64,000 nucleotides of DNA, from the NCBI GenBank assembly GCA_963675525.2, contig CAXXSL010000016.1:256001-320000 (forward strand), written 5' to 3'. Position 1 is the stretch's first letter, and each line of letters opens with the position of its first letter. Below the pieces are notes generated by a model. That model saw only the letters and a program-made list of their open reading frames with translations, searched no databases and was not told the DNA's origin. Both the position numbers and the translations under genes were made by a program. The stretch is from Anaerohalosphaeraceae bacterium. GTDB taxonomy: Bacteria; Planctomycetota; Phycisphaerae; Sedimentisphaerales; Anaerohalosphaeraceae. This document shows positions 30,962-40,412 of the stretch, piece by piece.

Positions 30962-31651
30962 TTATTTTCTCTTGCGGGCAAACAGCATGCCCAGACCCAG
31001 AAGCGCCAGCGTAGCCGGTTCCGGAATAACCTGCAGGTTGTCAAGGACGCCGAGGGTTCCAGCAGCACGAACATCGGTATAGAAACCGACGTAGGTGGCA
31101 GCATTCACAGTCGTGGGCGTACGGGTACCAAGGATATTACGAATCGCCCCATTGTACCAGCCCGCCTCAAAGGTCGCACCATCGATGTTTTTAATAAACA
31201 GCTTGTCATAGGCATTACTGCCCCAGTCGCCTATCAGGCCATATTCGCCGGTTCCGTCGAAGCCGCGCGTGAAAAGCTGGCCGCCGCGTCCGTACATAGC
31301 AATGTAATCCTGACGAACACCGGTAACCGGCGCGGTTCCGCCAACATACAGCCCAAGGTCCTGAGAAGCTCCGTTGTGGGCAATATCAACCTGGACCTCT
31401 TCGCCTACGCCGAGAACCAGACCGTTGTAGATCATCGCACCTTGTTCAATGCCGTCGTAAACGCTGGTGTTGAGTTCAAGGGCTCCGGCGGTGATTTGCC
31501 AAGCGGCGGTATTAGACCCGGTTCCGCCGGCATCCAGGATTACGGTGCTGGTGTACTCGGTCAGGGTGCCATCTTCGAAATCATCGATGATCACAGCCTG
31601 AGCGGCTACGGCCATCACACATACTAACATTAATACACTTAACTTTTTCAT
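30962..31651 (-). CDS. PEP-CTERM sorting domain protein
   Basis: Signal peptide; C-terminal IPEPATLALLGLGMLFARKRK; GGAGG RBS. Confidence 0.92.
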   Translation of the reverse strand: MKKLSVLMLVCVMAVAAQAVIIDDFEDGTLTEYTSTVILDAGGTGSNTAAWQITAGALELNTSVYDGIEQGAMIYNGLVLGVGEEVQVDIAHNGASQDLGLYVGGTAPVTGVRQDYIAMYGRGGQLFTRGFDGTGEYGLIGDWGSNAYDKLFIKNIDGATFEAGWYNGAIRNILGTRTPTTVNAATYVGFYTDVRAAGTLGVLDNLQVIPEPATLALLGLGMLFARKRK

Positions 31652-31763
31652 CTTTACTTCCTCCACAAACATTAATAAATTGTTAAAGTTCTTTAACTGC
31701 CATTAACTACAACACACACTACTTCACACACACTTCCCGAATCACACACACATTTAACGTTTA

Positions 31764-31797
31764 CGGGCAGGCTCCCCAACAAGGGGAGCCGTACCCG
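31764..31797. other. Intergenic stem-loop upstream of the PEP-CTERM gene
   Basis: CGGG..GGCTCCCC-aacaa-GGGGAGCC...CCCG. Confidence 0.55.
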
Positions 31798-31817
31798 ATT
31801 ATCTAAGATTTATATGC

Positions 31818-34034
31818 TTAAAACAAACCATTTGCCAACCAGATGGCAGCAAAATCAGCAAAGTCAGCCAAGTCAACCTGACAGTATGATGAACCTGTAT
31901 CGTCGGTATTGTAGTAACTGCCGACAAAACCACCATTGACACACGGATGAATACCCGTTACATTCAGGTATTCCTGGGCAATCACATCGGCGTCGATCTC
32001 GTAGTTGTAAACTCTCAGGTTGTCTACTACACTTCCCAACAATTCAGATAAGACCACACGATCACCACTGCGTCCTGCGCCTAACAGGACACCTCGCTGC
32101 CACGGGAGATAACCATCCGGTACCCCGCCCGCGACAGAAGCAACCTGTTGACCGTCAACATACACACTCAAGGTTCCGCCGGCACTCCAGGTCGAAGCAA
32201 CCAGATGCCAGGCGCCATCGAACATATCCCATGCCGGACGGCCAGGCCGACCTTGAGCCGTTCCGATTTCCGTATAGACAGCACTGTCACCGCGGACGAT
32301 CATTCGCGTATCGGCTGTTTCGGAATTTGCCGCCAAACTGAGCAGGCATCCGGTTGTTGCCCCATCGTTAAAGTTGGCCAGAATGCCACCGGTTGTCGTT
32401 GGTTTGACCCAGCAGATGACCGTACCTTCGTCCAAACCGCGTCCGAGGCCGTTTGTCAAATCACTGGCCTTGGGATATCCTGCCGTACCGAAATCAACAT
32501 ACTGGTTGGGATCGATCTGCACAGCATGTCCAGCCACAGCGTCGATACCTTCGACAAATGTGAGTGTTACATTGGATGCCAATAACGAATTAGGTTCCGC
32601 CAATCCGTCCAATGATTTGCCCTGCCCCGTCGGAGCATCTGCCGCACTACCGACTGCAGAGGAAAGGGTTCCGTCTAAGTCATACTGAGCCAACAGCTGA
32701 TTAATAATCAGAGATGCCGTGTTAGATGTTACCAGAGGTGTTCCGTTATCGATCGTACAGTAATAACTGCCCTCATCAGACAGTGATGGACTAAGAATTT
32801 CCAATGCTGCAACATAGTTGCCGTTACCGTCATCCGTTAAATAAATGTTATAATCAGTATCATCGGCCAGCGGAGTAGCGACCCCGCTCTTGTACCAATC
32901 AACTGTGGCTGTGCTAATGCTGGTAAATTCGCAGGCAAACACCACATTCGGTTCTGTATCGAAAACACGGGAATCTGCGGGCTGTTGCATAATAACCGGA
33001 ACCGAGGTCAGTGAACCAAACACCCAGGTCGGACCAATGACGTTATTCGGGTCAACATCGCTCAACGTACTTAATCCTACAGTGAACGACTGTGTGTATC
33101 CGTTCATTGCTTCTACTACAGCCCAGTAATAAGTACTATCATAAGGCAAGTCTTGAACAATGAACGAAGAATTCGGATCTGCAGTGCCGGGGTCACCTGT
33201 TGCTCCGGCATAGTACAGGTTTGGATCAGTCCCAGAACCATCGGACATAAAGACATACTCATCCACAATATCAGGATTGACGGCATAGCCGGTAATGTCT
33301 TCATTTGGATCAGCGGCGGCTTTCCAATTGAGAGTTACATCAACACCGGTGATATCCTGTACCTGCTGCACAGAAGGAGCATATGGTAAGTAGGAATCCC
33401 ACTTACCGCCCACCATCGCCAGATTGTCCAGATCGCCGAGGACACCGGCAGCGCGAACATCCGCATAGAAACCGACCACGGTGGCTGCATTCGGAGTTGT
33501 GGGCGTTCGGGTGACGAGAACAGTGCGAACTCCACCCTCGTAATAGCCGGCCTCAAATGTATTGGTATCAGTACGCGTGATAAACAGCTTTTCATAAGCA
33601 GGACTAACCCAACCGACCTGTCCATATTCACTCGTTCCATCAAAGCCTCGCGAGAAAACCTCCCCGCTTGAACGTCCATACATAGCAATATAATCCTGGC
33701 GAACACCCGTCTGCGGTGCGGTTCCGCCCACATAGACCCCAAGGTCCTGAGAAACCAGATTATGGACGAGTTTTATTTGAACTTCTTCACCTACACCAAG
33801 GGTCAAGCCACTTTTTATCATCGCATACTGCTCAATACCGTCATACGTAGTAGTATTGAGTTGCAGGACTCCGCCTGAGACCTGCCAGGCAGCAGAGTTA
33901 GAACCGCCTCCATTTGCATCCAAGATAACTGTGCTCGTCCATGTGCTTAAACCGCCTGAAAAGTCATCGATAATCACGGCCTGAGCACTCACACTAATCA
34001 TACAAATTAATAAAACCGTCAAACACTTTTTCAT
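31818..34034 (-). CDS. Secreted protein: PEP-CTERM-passenger-like domain + Ig-like + LamG-like + dockerin-like tail
   Basis: N-terminal ~200 aa closely paralogous to 30962-31651; DEGSYYC; WHLVASTW; CQVDLADFADFAAIWL. Confidence 0.8.
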   Translation of the reverse strand: MKKCLTVLLICMISVSAQAVIIDDFSGGLSTWTSTVILDANGGGSNSAAWQVSGGVLQLNTTTYDGIEQYAMIKSGLTLGVGEEVQIKLVHNLVSQDLGVYVGGTAPQTGVRQDYIAMYGRSSGEVFSRGFDGTSEYGQVGWVSPAYEKLFITRTDTNTFEAGYYEGGVRTVLVTRTPTTPNAATVVGFYADVRAAGVLGDLDNLAMVGGKWDSYLPYAPSVQQVQDITGVDVTLNWKAAADPNEDITGYAVNPDIVDEYVFMSDGSGTDPNLYYAGATGDPGTADPNSSFIVQDLPYDSTYYWAVVEAMNGYTQSFTVGLSTLSDVDPNNVIGPTWVFGSLTSVPVIMQQPADSRVFDTEPNVVFACEFTSISTATVDWYKSGVATPLADDTDYNIYLTDDGNGNYVAALEILSPSLSDEGSYYCTIDNGTPLVTSNTASLIINQLLAQYDLDGTLSSAVGSAADAPTGQGKSLDGLAEPNSLLASNVTLTFVEGIDAVAGHAVQIDPNQYVDFGTAGYPKASDLTNGLGRGLDEGTVICWVKPTTTGGILANFNDGATTGCLLSLAANSETADTRMIVRGDSAVYTEIGTAQGRPGRPAWDMFDGAWHLVASTWSAGGTLSVYVDGQQVASVAGGVPDGYLPWQRGVLLGAGRSGDRVVLSELLGSVVDNLRVYNYEIDADVIAQEYLNVTGIHPCVNGGFVGSYYNTDDTGSSYCQVDLADFADFAAIWLANGLF

Positions 34035-34492
34035 AGCAGAACCTCCTAAAAAAATTAATTTATAAATTTGTGAATACCTGTATCAACTTGCTTTTGAGGA
34101 ATTCAGCCATAAACATAAAATAGATATTACTTCCTTAACCCGCACTTGACTGACATTCACCTCGTCAGACACATGTGGGCCGCTTAAAGTTGGACGCAGA
34201 CCTATATCCATATAGACTCCACATCCCGGTTAAATGCTGAAAATGCGCCTCAAAAACATTTTGCCTACAGGTCTATTCAAAACCCGGAAGATTTAACATG
34301 TTTTCGGAATTGTATTCTCCCCCGTTTCTATGTAGAATTGATTCGTACATAGACGGTGGGCGCAAAACAGGCCCCATGTTTATGCAGGTGAGCCGGTTAA
34401 GTTCGGCTAAAACTACAGGCCGGCTCATCTTTGACTGCAGATTCAATTATCTATTTCATTTCAAAGAACATTAACTGATTGCCCCGTTGCTA

Positions 34493-36172
34493 TTATTGAA
34501 CAACCAAAATCGGTTCGCCAAATACGAACCAGTCGAGTTTATTGTCGTCACGACCGCAACTGACAACCAGCGTCATAAATCGCGGATTATTTTTTTGCAG
34601 ATCAATTTCAATGGGTACGGCATTATTTTGAACATGGGCGAACACATGGCGATAAACCTGGGTCCCATCCAGAAAGACATAAACCTCCGCCGTCATTTCA
34701 GGATTAACATTACCTGCCAGCCTCGATTCATTGAGACCGCACAATGTTTTGAATGACACGAAGTCTATTCCGGGGACACTCTCCCGAATCTTGTTAAGAT
34801 CAAAGGTAATTCCACAAGTGGCATGCATTGAAATTGCGGAACGACCATTGACGCCATATGTCGTGCCGTTCAAGACAAATGGATAATTCTCATTATGCGT
34901 CCGGGTCTGGATAAGCCATCTGGTCCCTCCCAAAAGTTCAGGAAAATCCGAAATCGTTAAGCCGGTCGTAGTGATTGGCAAAACACCACCTTCCTGACTG
35001 GGAACAATGACGCAATCAACACCGGGTAAATCTTCCACCTTGCGCAGAAAAGATTGTATTTGGTTATAGTTATCCTGACCGTTGCGGTTGGGCATCGATC
35101 CATAGGGGCCAACATGGCCGGTGGCCGGATCAATGCAAGTTCCTGCAGGATCTGCCCCAAAACCGTTCCCTCCGCCGACGATATCGGCCAGGTTAATGTC
35201 TTGTCCCCGCCAAATGAAATGGTCTTGCGAATCTATTTGCCGGGCAAAAACATCTTCCTTTAAATCGATATCCTGGACCGTTCCTTCCCGGGTGACTCTT
35301 CTGGCCTGGCCCTGATGAATTTCGCTTTGTTTTTTGGAACGGTCGGCCGCACCTGCGATCAACACCGTCCGGCCCTTAACCACATGCAGTTCCGTCTCGT
35401 CCAAGTCCGCTTCGATTCCGAATTCGGTCCCCAAATCAACGACTTTCGAGTGCGACGTACTGACCGAAAAACCAATCCCCTGTTGCGAGACGCTGGCATA
35501 CATGCGGCCGTAAGGCAGGGATAGATCGGCTTCTTTCGTAAATTCAAATTCGGCAGGTCCCTCAATGGTCAATGTCACGCCACGGTCCGTTTCTATCTGA
35601 ATGATGCCTTTTGACAAACTCAACGGTTCATGACCCGTAAGTAGGCGTTCGCCCTTCTGTAAAGACATCGTGGAATCGGCCCACCTGACATCAACCATAT
35701 CCAAAAGCGTAGCCACTTCGACGCTGGGATCAGGTGTTGTCACCTGGATAAAAATGACAAAAAACAGAATCGCCGCCGCCGAAACCAGCACGGTGAAGAG
35801 ATGTGACCGGTTCAGTCTCGAATGAGCGATGGGAACCTCAGTCATTCTTTTTCCAACGGGAGCATGGGGAATATCGACAGGAGCAGCCACTTCGATTTTC
35901 GGTGCGTTCTTTTCGAATTCCGAAAGTGCTTTCCACAGGGCCTTGTCAAATTCGGAATCCTCAAGACCGGTATCTTCGCGGTCAATCTGACCTTTAACGA
36001 GTGACTGGATAATCGCGTAATCTCTGAGAAATGAACAATACTTTTCGACCGCCTTCGGGTCTTCTTTCAGCCAGCGATTGAGGCATTCAATCTCTTGATC
36101 GGACAGGTCGTTCTCCATGAGACGGACCAGTAAAACTTCAATCGTATTATGACTATTCTTGCCTGCACTCAT
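34493..36172 (-). CDS. FecR-family anti-sigma factor with C-terminal NPCBM/NEW2-like domain
   Basis: TM helix; LTIEGPAEFE, VVDLGTEFGI, ELHVVKGR; SMHATCGITFDL...DWFVFGEP; ATGA overlap with the sigma stop. Confidence 0.85.
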   Translation of the reverse strand: MSAGKNSHNTIEVLLVRLMENDLSDQEIECLNRWLKEDPKAVEKYCSFLRDYAIIQSLVKGQIDREDTGLEDSEFDKALWKALSEFEKNAPKIEVAAPVDIPHAPVGKRMTEVPIAHSRLNRSHLFTVLVSAAAILFFVIFIQVTTPDPSVEVATLLDMVDVRWADSTMSLQKGERLLTGHEPLSLSKGIIQIETDRGVTLTIEGPAEFEFTKEADLSLPYGRMYASVSQQGIGFSVSTSHSKVVDLGTEFGIEADLDETELHVVKGRTVLIAGAADRSKKQSEIHQGQARRVTREGTVQDIDLKEDVFARQIDSQDHFIWRGQDINLADIVGGGNGFGADPAGTCIDPATGHVGPYGSMPNRNGQDNYNQIQSFLRKVEDLPGVDCVIVPSQEGGVLPITTTGLTISDFPELLGGTRWLIQTRTHNENYPFVLNGTTYGVNGRSAISMHATCGITFDLNKIRESVPGIDFVSFKTLCGLNESRLAGNVNPEMTAEVYVFLDGTQVYRHVFAHVQNNAVPIEIDLQKNNPRFMTLVVSCGRDDNKLDWFVFGEPILVVQ

Positions 36173-36708
36173 GTCAAATTCCCCTGGTAGGACAAACGTC
36201 GAGTGACACAAGTCCGAAGAAGGTTAATAATACGAGAAAAACTCTGGCAGATTCCGCTGGCAGACCGCCCGGTAATTTTTGAAATGCGATTCAAAGGAAT
36301 GTTCTTTTTATATCTCATCGACAGCAGTTTTTTGTCTTTCTCTGGAAGTTTTTCCAAGCACACCTTGACGGCCTGAAGACGTTCGGAAATATTTTCCGTG
36401 GAATGTTCGGCCTCATTTGAGATCAAATCGTAATAATCCTCTTTCAAAATCATTCTGCTCTTCTTATTTCTTTTCAAAAACTCAAGGGCTTTGTAACGTG
36501 CAATGGTAACAGCCCATGCACCAAAGTTTGTGCCCTCCTCAAACTCGTCAAACTTTTCCCACATGGTGGATGCTGCTTCCTGTAAAATATCTTCAGCATC
36601 GGCTTGATTGTGGATAACCATAAGCAAGAATGAATACAGACGGAGATGGACACTGTCATATAAACTGAAAAAAAGTTTGCTGTTGGGTTTATTCTCCATT
36701 ATTTCCAC
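36169..36708 (-). CDS. ECF sigma-70 factor
   Basis: DAEDILQE, FEEGTNFGAW, CLEKLPEKDKKLLSMRY. Confidence 0.92.
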   Translation of the reverse strand: MEIMENKPNSKLFFSLYDSVHLRLYSFLLMVIHNQADAEDILQEAASTMWEKFDEFEEGTNFGAWAVTIARYKALEFLKRNKKSRMILKEDYYDLISNEAEHSTENISERLQAVKVCLEKLPEKDKKLLSMRYKKNIPLNRISKITGRSASGICQSFSRIINLLRTCVTRRLSYQGNLT

Positions 36709-36907
36709 CGATACTTAAACTTGTATCTTACGCTCAATATGTACTTCTATATGGCTCTTTTATTCGAATGTTTAGGCAAAAAACTGCACTAATTTTAAAT
36801 TTATTTAATCAATTCTAGATCTATTTTGTCCGATGAAGGCTCGTCCCCTTCTGTTTCTTCTTCTATCATACAGACCGTAATCATACAAAGTACCCGCAGC
36901 AAACAAC

Positions 36908-37043
36908 AAGTCATCCCAAAACCCTTAAATTTCGTGTTATCAGTACTGTAAATGCAGTTTTGCATCGGTTTTGGGATAGGTTCAAGTTTTTATCAATTTT
37001 AGGAGTCATTCATCTCCCTACGGAGAGGGCTTTGGGATGACTT
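36908..37043. repeat. 18-bp inverted repeat (17/18 match) flanking 100 bp between the divergent sigma genes
   Basis: AAGTCATCCCAAAACCCT (36908-36925) / AGGGCTTTGGGATGACTT (37026-37043); partial third copy GGTTTTGGGAT at 36967-36977. Confidence 0.75.
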
Positions 37044-37176
37044 ATAATATTGATAAAATAGTAATTTTTGCGCTCAGGTTTTTTAACTCTAAGAGATACC
37101 CCATATATGCCGAAGGGTATTTTGTAGGAAGAAGCCGTATTGTATCTATTTTTATTTAGTATTCGGGATTTTTTCA

Positions 37177-37719
37177 ATGCAAGAAAAGACAAAAGAAAAG
37201 AGAAATAAAGATACACAATTTCTTGATCTGCTAATGAGGAATCAGAAGCGAATCTATAACTTCATTCTGCTTCTTGTCCCGAATTACTCTGATGCCGATG
37301 ATCTCATGCAGGAAACCGTTTCTGTCATGTGGTCCAAATTTGACAGTTATGAACCCGGTACTCATTTTACGGCCTGGGCCATCAAAATAGCTCGATACAA
37401 GATTTATAATTATCGGAGAAAATCACACCGTCACGCACTCCAGTTCAGTGAAGAAAGCATGGATATGATTATGCAGGCGTCCTCCGCTGTTTTTGAGAGA
37501 AGGCAGGACCGCGTGACGGCTTTGCAGCAGTGTCTTCTTAATTTACCTGAGCATGATCGTAAACTGATTACCCTTCGTTATGAGCGTGATATGCCGTTTA
37601 AGAATATTTCCGAATTAACGGGTCGATCGATTAACGGTTTATATCATACGATGGCACGCATCCACAAGCTACTTCTTCGCTGTGTTCACAAGACACTGGC
37701 TTTGGGAGGTGCTGTCTAA
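37177..37719 (+). CDS. ECF sigma-70 factor
   Basis: DADDLMQE, YEPGTHFTAW, CLLNLPEHDRKLITLRY. Confidence 0.92.
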   Translation: MQEKTKEKRNKDTQFLDLLMRNQKRIYNFILLLVPNYSDADDLMQETVSVMWSKFDSYEPGTHFTAWAIKIARYKIYNYRRKSHRHALQFSEESMDMIMQASSAVFERRQDRVTALQQCLLNLPEHDRKLITLRYERDMPFKNISELTGRSINGLYHTMARIHKLLLRCVHKTLALGGAV

Positions 37720-39438
37720 ATGAATGATCCCAAAAAACAACAGGACTTTTACTATTTAGTTTTACGATGCCTCGAAGGTGTTCTTACGCCTGAAGAGTTT
37801 GCCGAACTGGATAAGATGATCGCATCGGATCCGGAATTGGCGAAACTCTATGTCAATTTAATATCCATCAACTCAGACTTATGTAAGCCGGGTCAGATCG
37901 GCACTTTTCTTCTAAAGGAAAGTGCGCATGATGAACCGTTCGACAGTGACACCATGACGGCCGTCATGGAAGCGATGGCGCAGGATGAGAAAACGGCACC
38001 CGCAAAAGTAGTTGAAATCGAGCACGTTCCTGAAATAATTAAGATTAATAAGGCTGCAGTGTCGCATTCGCCAAGAAAAGTAAACCGGTTTTCTTTGTGT
38101 ACCGCAGTTCTTTCCCTTGCAGCTCTGCTTTTTCTAATGGCTTATATTCATTTTGTTCCGCCCAAATACGCTTCTGAACCAGTAGCGATAATAACCGATA
38201 CGATTGGTGCGCAATGGGCTAATGCTTCCGGTTTTTTGGAAGAGGGCACACACCTTTCAACGTCTCAGGACTCCTTTATTTTAAGCAAAGGTATTGTAAA
38301 ATTTCTTTTTGATAACCAGGCAAGAATTGTTCTTGAGGGCCCGGCGGAGTTCGAGTTGTTGAGAACCGATCAGATGGTTTTGCATTATGGACGTCTTTAT
38401 GCAATCGTACCTCCCGAAGCATTGGGCTTTACGATAACCACTCGGAATTCCAAGATTATTGATTTAGGGACCGAATTTGGTGTTGAAGCGGGTTTAGACA
38501 GTACGACAGAGCTCCACGTTCTGCAGGGCAGGACAACGCTGATCTCCGGTGAAAAGGAAAACAAAAAAACAAGTGTTATGGTTACGGAAGGCGTTGCCAA
38601 AAAGATTTCCGGAGCCGATGCCAGAGTTTCCGATATTCTATGCAATCAAAAGAAGTTTGTCAGGGAAATCAGATCTCGGGATAAGTTTATCTGGAGAGGC
38701 GAAAATCTAAAGTTGGCAAGTATTGTTGCCGGGCGTGATGGTTTTCAGGAAGTGGGCTCGTTAATCGGTCTGAATCCAGCTACCGGCGAATTTACAACAT
38801 CGATTGTCAGGAATGATCGAACCTCTAAAAATATCTATAATCTGGTTCCGGATTCTAAATTTATTGACGGTGTGTTTGTTCCGGATGGCGGGATGGAAGA
38901 GGCCCGCATTCCTGTGACCTCAATGGGGCATACATTTGAATGTTCGAACACTTCAGGATTGTTCACCCATGAAATCGCTGCCTATAAAGGTTCGATTGAA
39001 GGTCAACATACGACCATTCCACCGATCATTTTCAATGGCGAGCGAATTGAAAAGGAGTCTCAGTCAGTCCTCGTACTTCACAGCAACATGGGGATAACCT
39101 TTGATCTTCAGGCAATTCGCGAGTCTACCGGATTGGATATGAAAAACTTTAAAGCCTGGGGCGGCTTAACAGAACAGCTTGGAGATTCCAAAGAGGATCT
39201 GCCGGATGTTGATTTTTGGATTCTGGTTGACGGTCAAATTCGATATGAGAAGAAAAGGCTGAAGATTGAGGATGGAACCATTTCTTTCGATGTCGTTGTC
39301 AGTCCGGAAGATCGTTTTTTGACCCTGGTTGTTACCGATGGGCTTCGAAAAGAAGATGGTAAAAGGGATTTTGCTTACGGCAATGATTTCTTCTTTTTAA
39401 TAGATCCTGAATTGTCTCTGACGGCAAGTACAGAGTGA
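37720..39438 (+). CDS. FecR-family anti-sigma factor with C-terminal NPCBM/NEW2-like domain
   Basis: IVLEGPAEFE, IIDLGTEFGV, ELHVLQGR, VLHSNMGITFDL; paralog of 34493-36172. Confidence 0.85.
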   Translation: MNDPKKQQDFYYLVLRCLEGVLTPEEFAELDKMIASDPELAKLYVNLISINSDLCKPGQIGTFLLKESAHDEPFDSDTMTAVMEAMAQDEKTAPAKVVEIEHVPEIIKINKAAVSHSPRKVNRFSLCTAVLSLAALLFLMAYIHFVPPKYASEPVAIITDTIGAQWANASGFLEEGTHLSTSQDSFILSKGIVKFLFDNQARIVLEGPAEFELLRTDQMVLHYGRLYAIVPPEALGFTITTRNSKIIDLGTEFGVEAGLDSTTELHVLQGRTTLISGEKENKKTSVMVTEGVAKKISGADARVSDILCNQKKFVREIRSRDKFIWRGENLKLASIVAGRDGFQEVGSLIGLNPATGEFTTSIVRNDRTSKNIYNLVPDSKFIDGVFVPDGGMEEARIPVTSMGHTFECSNTSGLFTHEIAAYKGSIEGQHTTIPPIIFNGERIEKESQSVLVLHSNMGITFDLQAIRESTGLDMKNFKAWGGLTEQLGDSKEDLPDVDFWILVDGQIRYEKKRLKIEDGTISFDVVVSPEDRFLTLVVTDGLRKEDGKRDFAYGNDFFFLIDPELSLTASTE

Positions 39439-39541
39439 TAGTCTATAAGTTATGAAGTGTGTGAAGTGTGTGAAGTGAGCGTGAATTTAATGTGTGTTAA
39501 AACGTTTTAACTAAGTGTAATTTTTTTGGAGGTAAGGAAAG

Positions 39542-40222
39542 ATGAAAAGATTAGTAGGAATTTTGTGTATCATGTGTGTGTTTGTAATGGTACAAAGCGC
39601 TATGGCAGTAGTTGTCTTCACCGATGACTTCGAGAGCGGCACTGACAATGACGCTCCGCCGACCGGCTGGACCGACAACACTCCCACCAGTTTCTGGGTG
39701 GGGATAGTGGACGAGACAGGTAATCCGACCGCGGAAGAATGGATTCCTGAGCTGGGAGTTAATATCCTCACAACCGCACGTCAGTCTGCCGGAGCCGCAG
39801 ACCAACCGGTAAACGGCCAGCTGATTCAGGTGGTGGACTTGTCGGCGTTCGCAATCGACATCGATAATGGCGACCAGACTCTGAACGTCAATTTTCTCTA
39901 CGCCAGCGACGATTACCGCGATACCGGGGCCTTCAGCCTGCGTTTTTTCGACGCATTGGACGCCGAACTCGGCTCCGGCTACAGCGTAGCTCTGGATGAT
40001 GCCAGTAATGGCGATTGGTCATTTACGGGCTGGCTGGACACAACGGTTGGCGGCCTGGTGCCTGTTAACACCCGCAGCGTCATGCTGCAGATCGACACCA
40101 CGCGTACGGGTGGCTCGGAAACCAACATCTGGATCGACAATATCACCGGTAACATGGTTCCGGAACCGGCAACGATGATGCTTCTGGGACTGGGTGCTCT
40201 TGTTTTAAGACGTCGAAAATAA
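39542..40222 (+). CDS. PEP-CTERM sorting domain protein
   Basis: Signal peptide; C-terminal VPEPATMMLLGLGALVLRRRK; GGAGG RBS. Confidence 0.92.
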   Translation: MKRLVGILCIMCVFVMVQSAMAVVVFTDDFESGTDNDAPPTGWTDNTPTSFWVGIVDETGNPTAEEWIPELGVNILTTARQSAGAADQPVNGQLIQVVDLSAFAIDIDNGDQTLNVNFLYASDDYRDTGAFSLRFFDALDAELGSGYSVALDDASNGDWSFTGWLDTTVGGLVPVNTRSVMLQIDTTRTGGSETNIWIDNITGNMVPEPATMMLLGLGALVLRRRK

Positions 40223-40248
40223 TAACGGATGATTAAGTAAACTGATTG

Positions 40249-40284
40249 TTATGGGTTCAGATTCTTATGGATCTGAACCCATAA
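40249..40284. other. Intergenic stem-loop after the PEP-CTERM gene
   Basis: TTATGGGTTCAGAT-tcttatgg-ATCTGAACCCATAA, 14-bp perfect stem. Confidence 0.65.
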
Positions 40285-40412
40285 TGTGGAAACCCGCTTT
40301 TATGTTACGGTTGTTTACCGTGGGTAGATTATTCAAAGGATTTATTTTATTGTATTGCGGCAGTAAGGAAAAAGAAACGAATCAAATATCACTTTTATGC
40401 GGAGGTGTCATT

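Noticed and set aside
34100..34450. Long intergenic region with two hairpins as a riboswitch or ncRNA
   Set aside because: No known aptamer motif recognised; could simply be a terminator plus promoter
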